DNA of 64,000 nt from NCBI RefSeq assembly GCF_009914755.1, contig NC_060935.1; one strand, given 5' to 3'. Position 1 is the first letter of the stretch. Every line of letters begins with the position of its first letter. The stretch is from the human T2T-CHM13v2.0 reference genome, Homo sapiens. A program made the translations under genes and the position numbers. The notes beneath the pieces are model-generated. The model searched no databases and was not told the DNA's origin. It was given only the letters and a program-made list of their open reading frames with translations. Below are positions 53,500 through 64,000 of the stretch, piece after piece.

Positions 53500-56400
53500 A
53501 TTGAACTTTCCTCTTGACAGAGCAGCTCTGAAACCCTCTTTTTCTGGAATCTGCAAGTGGACATTTGGAGGGCTTTGAGGCCTGTGGTGGAAAAGGAAAA
53601 TCTTCACATAAAAACTAGATGGAAGCATTCTCAGAAACTACTTTGTGATGATTGCATTCGACCCACAGAGTTGAACATTCCTATAGATAGAGCAGGTTGT
53701 AAACAATCTTTTTGTAGAATCTGCGATTGGAGATTTGGACTGCTTTGAGGCCTACTGTAGTAAAGTAAATAACTTCATCTAAAAACCAAACGGAAGCATT
53801 CACAGACAATTCTTAGTGATCATTGGATTGAACTAACAGAGCTGAACATTCCCTTAGATGGCGCAGTTTCCAAACACACTTTCTGTAGAATCTGCAAGTG
53901 GATATTTGGACCTCTGTGAGGATTTAGTTGGAAACGGGATAAACTTCCCAGAACTACACGGAAGCATTCTGAGAAACTTCTTTGTGATGTTTGCATTCAA
54001 CTCACAGAGTTGAACCTTGCTTTCATAGTTCAGCTTTCAAACACTCTTTTTGTAGAATCTGCAAGTGGATATTTGGACCACTTTGTGGCCTTCCTTCGAA
54101 ACGGGTATATCTTCACATCAAACCTAGACAGAAGCATTCTCAGAATGTTTCCTGTGATGACTGCATTCAACTCACAGAGGGGAACAATCCTGTTGATGGA
54201 GCAGTTTTGAAACTCTCTTTCTTTGGATTCTGCAAGTGGATATATGGACCTCTGTGAAGATTTCGTTGGAAACGGTTTCATCTTCACAGAAAAACTAAAC
54301 AGAAGCATTCTCAGAAACTGCTTTGTGATGTTTGTGTTCCACTTCAAGAATTGAACTTTCCTCTTGATAGAGCAGCTCTGAAACCCTCTTTTTCCAGAAT
54401 CTGCAAGTGGACATTTGGAGGGCTTTGAGGCCTGTGGTGGAAAAGGAAAATCTTCACATAAAAACTAGATGGAAGCATTCTCAGAAACTACTTTGTGATG
54501 ATTGCATTCGACCCACAGAGTTGAACATTCCTATAGATAGAGCAGGTTGTAAACAATCTTTTTGTAGAATCTGCGATTGGAGATTTGGACTGCTTTGAGG
54601 CCTACTGTAGTAAAGGAAATAACTTCATCTAAAAACCAAACGGAAGCATTCACAGACAATTCTTAGTGATCATTGCATTGAACTAACAGAGCTGAACATT
54701 CCTTTAGATGGAGCAGTTTCCAAACACACTTTCTGTAGAATCTGCAAGTGGATATTTGGACTTCTCTGAGGATTTCGTTGGAAATGGTATAAACTTCCCA
54801 GAAATACACGGAAGCATTGTCAGAAACTTCTTTGTGATGTTTGCATTCAACTCACAGAGTTGAACCTTGCTTTCTTAGTTCAGCTTTCAAACACTCTTTT
54901 TGTAGAATCTGCAAGTGGATATTTGGACCACTTTGTGGCCTTCCTTCGAAACGGGTATATCTTCACATCAAACCTAGACAGAAGCATTCTCAGGATGTTT
55001 CCTGTGATGACTGCATTCAACTCACAGAGGTGAACAATCCTGCTGATGGAGCAGTTTTGAAACTCTCTTTCTTTGGATTCTGCAAGTGGATATGTGGACC
55101 TCTGTGAAGATTTCGTTGGAAACGGGTTCATCTTCACAGAAAAACTAAACAGAAGCATTCTCAGAAACTGCTTTGTGATGTTTTTGTTCCACTTCAGGAA
55201 TTGAACTTTCCTCTTGACAGAGCAGCTCTGAAGCCCTCTAATTCTAGAATCTGCAAGTGGACATTTGGAGGGCTTTGAGGCCCGGGGTTGAAAAGGATAA
55301 TCTTCACATAAAAACTAGATGGAAGCATTCTCAGAAACTACTTTGTGATGATTGCATTCGACTCACAGAGTTGAACATTCCTATAGATAGAGCAGGTTGT
55401 AAACAATCTTTTTGTAGAATCTGCGATTGGAGATTTGGACTGCTTTGAGGCCTACTGTAGTAAAAGAAATAACTTCATCTAAAAACCAAACGGAAGCATT
55501 CACAGACAATTCTTAGTGATCATTGGATTGAACTAACAGAGCTGAACATTCCTTTAGATGGAGCTGTTTCCAAACACACTTTCTGTAGAATCTGCAAGTG
55601 GATATTTGGACCTCTCTGAGGATTTCGTTGGAAACGGGATATACTTCCCAGAACTACACGGAAGTATTCTGAGAAACTTCTTTGTGATGGTTGCATTCAA
55701 CTCACAGAGTTGAACCTTGCTTTCATAGTTCAGCTTTCAAACACTCTTTTTGTAGAATCTGCAAGTGGATATTTGGACCACTTTGTGGACTTCCTTGGAA
55801 ACGGGTATATCTTCACATCAAACCTTGACAGAAGAATTCTCAGAATGTTTCCTGTGATGACTGCATTCAACTCACAGAGGTGAACAATCCTGCTGATGGA
55901 GCAGTTTTGAAACTCTCTTTCTTTGGATTCTGCAAGTGGATATGTGGACCTCTGTGAAGATTTCGTTGGAAACGGGTTCATCTTCACAGAAAAACTAAAC
56001 AGGAGCATTCTCAGAAACTGCTTTGTGATGTTTGTGTTCCACTTCAAGAATTGAACTTTCCTCTTGACAGAGCAGCTCTGAAACCCTCTTTTTCTAGAAT
56101 CTGCAAGTGGACATTTGGAGGGCTTTGAGGCCTGTGGTGGAAAAGGAAAATCTTCACATAAAAACTAGATGGAAGCATTCTCAGAAACTACTTTGTGATG
56201 ATTGCATTCGACTCACAGAGTTGAACATTCCTATAGATAGAGCAGGTTGTAAACAATCTTTTTGTAGAATCTGCGATTGGATATTTGGACTGCTTTGAGG
56301 CCTACTGTAGTAAAGGAAATAACTTCATCTAAAAACCAAACGGAAGCATTCACAGACAATTCTTAGTGATCATTGGATTGAACTAACAGAGCTGAACATT

Positions 56401-59400
56401 CCTTTAGATGGAGCAGTTTCCAAACACACTTTCTGTAGAATCTGCAAGTGGATATTTGGACTTCTCTGAGGATTTCGTTGGAAACGGGATAAACTTCCAA
56501 GAACTACACGGAAGCATTCTGAGAAACTTCTTTGTGATGTTTGCATTCAACTCACAGAGTTGAACCTTGCTTTCATAGTTCAGCTTTCAAACACTCTTTT
56601 TGTAGAATCTGCAAGTGGATATTTGGACCACTTTGTGGCCTTCCTTCGAAACGGGTATATCTTCACATCAAACATAGACAGAAGCATTCTCAGAATGTTT
56701 CCTGTGATGACTGCATTCAACTCACAGAGGTGAAAAATCCTGTTGATGGAGCAGTTTTGAAACTCTCTTTCTTTGGATTCTGCAAGTGGATATGTGGACC
56801 TCTGTGAAGATTTCGTTGGAAACGGGTTCATCTTCACAGAAAAACTAAACAGAAGCATTCTCAGAAACTGCTTTGTGATGTTTGTGTTCCACTTCAAGAA
56901 TTGAACTTTCCTCTTGACAGAGCAGCTCTGAAACCCTCTTTTTCTGGAATCTGCAAGTGGACATTTGGAGGGCTTTGAGGCCTGTGGTGGAAAAGGAAAA
57001 TCTTCACATAAAAACTAGATGGAAGCATTCTCAGAAACTACTTTGTGATGATTGCATTCGACCCACAGAGTTGAACATTCCTATAGATAGAGCAGGTTGT
57101 AAACAATCTTTTTGTAGAATCTGCGATTGGAGATTTGGACTGCTTTGAGGCCTACTGTAGTAAAGTAAATAACTTCATCTAAAAACCAAACGGAAGCATT
57201 CACAGACAATTCTTAGTGATCATTGGATTGAACTAACAGAGCTGAACATTCCCTTAGATGGCGCAGTTTCCAAACACACTTTCTGTAGAATCTGCAAGTG
57301 GATATTTGGACCTCTGTGAGGATTTAGTTGGAAACGGGATAAACTTCCCAGAACTACACGGAAGCATTCTGAGAAACTTCTTTGTGATGTTTGCATTCAA
57401 CTCACAGAGTTGAACCTTGCTTTCATAGTTCAGCTTTCAAACACTCTTTTTGTAGAATCTGCAAGTGGATATTTGGACCCGTTTGTGGCCTTCCTTCGAA
57501 ACGGGTATATCTTCACATCAAACCTAGACAGAAGCATTCTCAGAATGTTTCCTGTGATGACTGCATTCAACTCACAGAGGGGAACAATCCTGTTGATGGA
57601 GCAGTTTTGAAACTCTCTTTCTTTGGATTCTGCAAGTGGATATATGGACCTCTGTGAAGATTTCGTTGGAAACGGTTTCATCTTCACAGAAAAACTAAAC
57701 AGAAGCATTCTCAGAAACTGCTTTGTGATGTTTGTGTTCCACTTCAAGAATTGAACTTTCCTCTTGATAGAGCAGCTCTGAAACCCTCTTTTTCCAGAAT
57801 CTGCAAGTGGACATTTGGAGGGCTTTGAGGCCTGTGGTGGAAAAGGAAAATCTTCACATAAAAACTAGATGGAAGCATTCTCAGAAACTACTTTGTGATG
57901 ATTGCATTCGACCCACAGAGTTGAACATTCCTATAGATAGAGCAGGTTGTAAACAATCTTTTTGTAGAATCTGCGATTGGAGATTTGGACTGCTTTGAGG
58001 CCTACTGTAGTAAAGGAAATAACTTCATCTAAAAACCAAACGGAAGCATTCACAGACAATTCTTAGTGATCATTGCATTGAACTAACAGAGCTGAACATT
58101 CCTTTAGATGGAGCAGTTTCCAAACACACTTTCTGTAGAATCTGCAAGTGGATATTTGGACTTCTCTGAGGATTTCGTTGGAAATGGTATAAACTTCCCA
58201 GAAATACACGGAAGCATTGTCAGAAACTTCTTTGTGATGTTTGCATTCAACTCACAGAGTTGAACCTTGCTTTCTTAGTTCAGCTTTCAAACACTCTTTT
58301 TGTAGAATCTGCAAGTGGATATTTGGACCACTTTGTGGCCTTCCTTCGAAACGGGTATATCTTCACATCAAATCTAGACAGAAGCATTCTCAGGATGTTT
58401 CCTGTGATGACTGCATTCAACTCACAGAGGTGAACAATCCTGCTGATGGAGCAGTTTTGAAACTCTCTTTCTTTGGATTCTGCAAGTGGATATGTGGACC
58501 TCTGTGAAGATTTCGTTGGAAACGGGTTCATCTTCACAGAAAAACTAAACAGAAGCATTCTCAGAAACTGCTTTGTGATGTTTTTGTTCCACTTCAGGAA
58601 TTGAACTTTCCTCTTGACAGAGCAGCTCTGAAGCCCTCTAATTCTAGAATCTGCAAGTGGACATTTGGAGGGCTTTGAGGCCCGGGGTTGAAAAGGATAA
58701 TCTTCACATAAAAACTAGATGGAAGCATTCTCAGAAACTACTTTGTGATGATTGCATTCGACTCACAGAGTTGAACATTCCTATAGATAGAGCAGGTTGT
58801 AAACAATCTTTTTGTAGAATCTGCGATTGGAGATTTGGACTGCTTTGAGGCCTACTGTAGTAAAAGAAATAACTTCATCTAAAAACCAAACGGAAGCATT
58901 CACAGACAATTCTTAGTGATCATTGGATTGAACTAACAGAGCTGAACATTCCTTTAGATGGAGCTGTTTCCAAACACACTTTCTGTAGAATCTGCAAGTG
59001 GATATTTGGACCTCTCTGAGGATTTCGTTGGAAACGGGATATACTTCCCAGAACTACACGGAAGTATTCTGAGAAACTTCTTTGTGATGGTTGCATTCAA
59101 CTCACAGAGTTGAACCTTGCTTTCATAGTTCAGCTTTCAAACACTCTTTTTGTAGAATCTGCAAGTGGATATTTGGACCACTTTGTGGACTTCCTTGGAA
59201 ACGGGTATATCTTCACATCAAACCTTGACAGAAGAATTCTCAGAATGTTTCCTGTGATGACTGCATTCAACTCACAGAGGTGAACAATCCTGCTGATGGA
59301 GCAGTTTTGAAACTCTCTTTCTTTGGATTCTGCAAGTGGATATGTGGACCTCTGTGAAGATTTCGTTGGAAACGGGTTCATCTTCACAGAAAAACTAAAC

Positions 59401-60340
59401 AGGAGCATTCTCAGAAACTGCTTTGTGATGTTTGTGTTCCACTTCAAGAATTGAACTTTCCTCTTGACAGAGCAGCTCTGAAACCCTCTTTTTCTAGAAT
59501 CTGCAAGTGGACATTTGGAGGGCTTTGAGGCCTGTGGTGGAAAAGGAAAATCTTCACATAAAAACTAGATGGAAGCATTCTCAGAAACTACTTTGTGATG
59601 ATTGCATTCGACTCACAGAGTTGAACATTCCTATAGATAGAGCAGGTTGTAAACAATCTTTTTGTAGAATCTGCGATTGGAGATTTGGACTGCTTTGAGG
59701 CCTACTGTAGTAAAGGAAATAACTTCATCTAAAAACCAAACGGAAGCATTCACAGACAATTCTTAGTGATCATTGGATTGAACTAACAGAGCTGAACATT
59801 CCTTTAGATGGAGCAGTTTCCAAACACACTTTCTGTAGAATCTGCAAGTGGATATTTGGACTTCTCTGAGGATTTCGTTGGAAACGGGATAAACTTCCAA
59901 GAACTACACGGAAGCATTCTGAGAAACTTCTTTGTGATGTTTGCATTCAACTCACAGAGTTGAACCTTGCTTTCATAGTTCAGCTTTCAAACACTCTTTT
60001 TGTAGAATCTGCAAGTGGATATTTGGACCACTTTGTGGCCTTCCTTCGAAACGGGTATATCTTCACATCAAACATAGACAGAAGCATTCTCAGAATGTTT
60101 CCTGTGATGACTGCATTCAACTCACAGAGGTGAAAAATCCTGTTGATGGAGCAGTTTTGAAACTCTCTTTCTTTGGATTCTGCAAGTGGATATGTGGACC
60201 TCTGTGAAGATTTCGTTGGAAACGGGTTCATCTTCACAGAAAAACTAAACAGAAGCATTCTCAGAAACTGCTTTGTGATGTTTGTGTTCCACTTCAAGAA
60301 TTGAACTTTCCTCTTGACAGAGCAGCTCTGAAACCCTCTT
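53500..60340 (+). repeat. Tandem duplication of a 4-HOR block (period 3400 bp)
   Basis: gatttagttg 53921/57321, ctttgtggac 55781/59181, gaagaattct 55831/59231, aaacttccaa 56491/59891, aacatagaca 56671/60071, tgaaaaatcc 56731/60131. Confidence 0.9.
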
Positions 60341-63300
60341 TTTCTAGAATCTGCAAGTGGACATTTGGAGGGCTTTGAGGCCTGTGGTGGAAAAGGAAAA
60401 TCTTCACATAAAAACTAGATGGAAGCATTCTCAGAAACTACTTTGTGATGATTGCATTCGACTCACAGAGTTGAACATTCCTATAGATAGAGCAGGTTGT
60501 AAACAATCTTTTTGTAGAATCTGCGATTGGAGATTTGGACTGCTTTGAGGCCTACTGTAGTAAAGGAAATAACTTCATCTAAAAACCAAACGGAAGCATT
60601 CACAGACAATGCTTAGTGATCATTGGATTGAACTAACAGAGCTGAACATTCCTTTAGATGGAGCAGTTTCCAAACACACTTTCTGTAGAATCTGCAAGTG
60701 GATATTTGGACTTCTCTGAGGATTTCGTTGGAAACGGGATATACTTCCCAGAACTACACCGAAGTATTCTGAGAAACTTCTTTGTGATGTTTGCATTCAA
60801 CTCACAGAGTTGAACCTTGCTTTCATAGTTCAGCTTTCAAACACTCTTTTTGTAGAATCTGCAAGTGGATATTTGGACCACTTTGTGGCCTTCCTTCGAA
60901 ACGGGTATATCTTCACATCAAACCTTGACAGAAGCATTCTCAGAATGTTTCCTGTGATGACTGCATTCAACTCAGAGAGGTGAACAATCCTGCTGATGGA
61001 GCAGTTTTGAAACTCTCTTTCTTTGGATTCTGCAAGTGGATATGTGGACCTCTGTGAAGATTTCGTTGGAAACGGGTTCATCTTCACAGAAAAACTAAAC
61101 AGAAGCATTCTCAGAAACTGCTTTGTGATGTTTGTGTTCCACTTCAAGAATTGAACTTTCCTCTTGACAGAGCAGCTCTGAAACCCTCTTTTTCTAGAAT
61201 CTGCAAGTGGACATTTGGAGGGCTTTGAGGCCTGTGGTGGAAAAGGAAAATCTTCACATAAAAACTAGATGGAAGCATTCTCAGAAACTACTTTGTGATG
61301 ATTGCATTCGACTCACAGAGTTGAACATTCCTATAGATAGAGCAGGTTGTAAACAATCTTTTTGTAGAATCTGCGATTGGAGATTTGGACTGCTTTGAGG
61401 CCTACTGTAGTAAAGGAAATAACTTCATCTAAAAACCAAACGGAAGCATTCACAGAAAATTCTTAGTGATCATTGGATTGAACTAACAGAGCTGAACATT
61501 CCTTTAGATGGCACAGTTTCCAAACACACTTTCTGTAGAATCTGCAAGTGGATATTTGGACCTCTCTGAGGATTTCGTTGGAAACGGGCTAAACTTCCCA
61601 GAACTACACGGAAGCATTCTGAGAAACTTCTTTGTGATGTTTGCATTCAACTCACAGAGTTGAACCTTGCTTTAATAGTTCAGCTTTCAAACACTCTTTT
61701 TGTAGAATCTGCAAGTGGATATTTGGACCACTTTGGGGCCTTCCTTCGAAACGGGTATATCTTCACATCAAACCTAGACAGAAGCATTCTCAGAATGTTT
61801 CCTGTGATGACTGCATTCAACTCACAGAGGTGAACAATCCTGCTGATGGAGCAGTTTTGAAACTCTCTTTCTTTGGATTCTGCAGGTGGATATGTGGACC
61901 TCTGTGAAGATTTCGTTGGAAACGTGTTCATCTTCACAGAAAAACTAAACAGGAGCATTCTCAGAAACTGCTTTGTGATGTTTGTGTTCCACTTCAGGAA
62001 TTGAACTTTCCTCTTGACAGAGCAGCTCTGAAACCCTCTTTTTCTAGAATCTGCAAGTGGACATTTGGAGGGCTTTAAGGCCTGTGGTGGAAAAGGAAAA
62101 TCTTCACATAAAAACTAGATGGAAGCATTCTCAGAAACTACTTTGTGATGATTGCATTCGACTCACAGAGTTGAACATTCCTATAGATAGAGCAGGTTGA
62201 AAACAATCTTTTTGTAGAATCTGCGATTGGAGATTTGGACTGCTTTGAGGCCTACTGTAGTAAAGGAAATAACTTCATCTAAAAACCAAACGGAAGCATT
62301 CACAGACAATTCTTAGTGATCATTGGATTGAACTAACAGAGCTGAACATTCCTTTAGATGGAGCAGTTTCGAAACACACTTTCTGTAGAATCTGCAAGTG
62401 GATATTTGGACCTCTCTGAGGATTTCGTTGGAAACGGGATAAACTTCCCAGAACTACACGGAAGAATTGTGAGAAATTTCTTTGTGATGTTTGCATTCAA
62501 CTCACAGTGTTGAACCTTGCTTTCATAGTTCAGCTTTCAAACACTCTTTTTGTAGAATCTGCAAGTGGATATTTGGACCACTTTGTGGCCTTCCTTCGAA
62601 ACGGGTATATCTTCACATCAAACCTAGACAGAAGCGTTCTCAGAATGTTTCCTGTGATGACTGCATTGAACTCACAGAGGTGAACAATCCTGCTGATGGA
62701 GCAGTTTTGAAACTCTCTTTCTTTGGATTCTGCAAGTGGATATGTGGACCTCTATGAAGATTTCGTTGGAAACGGGTTCATCTTCACAGAAAAACTAAAC
62801 AGGAGCATTCTCAGAAACTGCTTTGTGATGTTTGTGTTCCACTTCAAGAATTGAACTTTCCTCTTGACAGAGCAGCTCTGAAACCCTCTTTTTCTAGAAT
62901 CTGCAAGTGGACATTTGGAGGGCTTTGAGGCCTGTGGTGGAAAAGGAAAATCTTCACATAAAAACTAGATGGAAGCATTCTCAGAAACTACTTTGTGATG
63001 ATTGCATTCGACTCACAGAGTTGAACATTCCTATAGATAGAGCAGGTTGTAAACAATCTTTTTGTAGAATCTGCGATTGGAGATTTGGACTGCTTTGAGG
63101 CCTACTGTAGTAAAGGAAATAACTTCATCTAAAAACCAAACGGAAGCATTCATAGACAATTCTTAGTGATCATTGGATTGAACTAACAGAGCTGAACATT
63201 CCTTTAGATGGCGCAGATTCCAAACACACTTTCTGTAGAATCTGCAAGTGGATATTTGGACCTCTCTGAGGATTTCGTTGGAAACGGGATAAACTTCCCA

Positions 63301-64000
63301 GAACTACACGGAAGCATTCTAAGAAACTTCTTTGTGATGTTTGCATTCAACTCACAGAGTTGAACCTTGCTTTCATAGTTCAGCTTTCAAACACTCTTTT
63401 TGTAGAATCTGCAAGTGGATATTTGAACCACTTTGAGGCCTTCCTTCGAAACGGGTATATCTTCACATCAAACCTAGACAGAAGCATTCTCAGAATGTTT
63501 CCTGTGATGACTGCATTCAACTCACAGAGGTGAACAATCCTGCTGATGGAGCAGTTTTGAAACTCTCTTTCTTTGGATTCTGCAGGTGGATATGTGGACC
63601 TCTGTGAAGATTTCATTGGAAACGGGTTCATCTTCACAGAAAAACTAAACAGGAGCATTCTCAGAAACTGCTTTGTGATGTTTGTGTTCCACTTCAGGAA
63701 TTGAACTTTCCTCTTGACAGAGCAGCTCTGAAACCCTCTTTTTCTAGAATCTGCAAGTGGACATTTGGAGGGCTTTGAGGCCTGTGGTGGAAAAGGAAAA
63801 TCTTCACATAAAAACTAGATGGAAGCATTCTCAGAAACTACTTTGTGATGATTGCATTCGACTCACAGAGTTGAACATTCCTATAGATAGAGCAGGTTGA
63901 AAACAATCTTTTTGTAGAATCTGCGATTGGAGATTTGGACTGCTTTGAGGCCTACTGTAGTAAAGGAAATAACTTCATCTAAAAACCAAACGGAAGCATT

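Larger units (their letters stand above)
1..64000 (+). repeat. D11Z1: Alpha satellite higher-order repeat array, 850-bp 5-mer HOR, about 75.3 copies (SF3 pentamer, most likely human chromosome 11 D11Z1 / S3C11H1L)
   Basis: An 850-bp period runs throughout (the same ORF start recurs at 14, 864, 1714 ... 62907). There is an internal ~170-bp period with canonical alphoid motifs (CATTCTCAGAAACT, TGTAGAATCTGCAAGTGGATATTTGGA, CAACTCACAGAGTTGAAC) and CENP-B boxes, and TCTAGA marks the unit boundary. The chromosome 11 assignment rests on the known 0.85-kb XbaI pentamer, not on a database search. Confidence 0.93.

Noticed and set aside
14-63658. Many 60-165 aa ORFs on both strands (MDIWRALRP..., MHSTHRVEP..., MKWNTNITK...)
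   Set aside because: They are translations of alpha satellite recurring every 850 bp, mostly from GTG/TTG starts. They are gained and lost freely through substitutions and frameshifts, and show no recognisable domain or sign of coding constraint.
1-64000. CRISPR-like or repeat-spacer array
   Set aside because: There are no unique spacers; the entire sequence is tandemly repeated satellite.
1-64000. Transposon insertion (Alu/L1), inversion, or HOR variant with a different monomer number
   Set aside because: The unit register stays at 850 +/- 2 bp from start to end. I saw no poly-A tail, foreign sequence or strand switch.
1-64000. Assignment to the other SF3 arrays (chromosome X DXZ1, chromosome 17 D17Z1, chromosome 1 SF3 array)
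   Set aside because: Those have 12-, 16- and 11-monomer HORs. Here adjacent 850-bp pentamers are already nearly identical, as expected for chromosome 11. A non-human ape origin cannot be fully excluded without a search.

Overview
The whole 64-kb window is one uninterrupted, single-orientation array of primate centromeric alpha satellite. It holds about 75.3 tandem copies of an 850-bp, five-monomer higher-order repeat (HOR) with monomers of about 170/171/167/171/171 bp, and the unit boundary is marked by an XbaI site. The pentameric layout (three consecutive B-type monomers, two A-type monomers, one 167-bp monomer) matches suprachromosomal family 3 (W1-W5), and the 0.85-kb XbaI unit best fits the human chromosome 11 active array D11Z1 (S3C11H1L). 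I see no genes, RNA genes, transposon insertions, inversions or monomer-number variants; every ORF in the track is a by-product of the repeat. I find no new gene system. The informative signal is the variant pattern: (1) nested tandem and dispersed duplications of 2-5 HOR blocks; (2) a left-to-right loss of intact CENP-B boxes, with 1.7-2 kb box-free gaps; (3) a localized 25.3-31.9 kb cluster of private 1-bp indels that looks like consensus error. All coordinates and counts were read by eye and are approximate.
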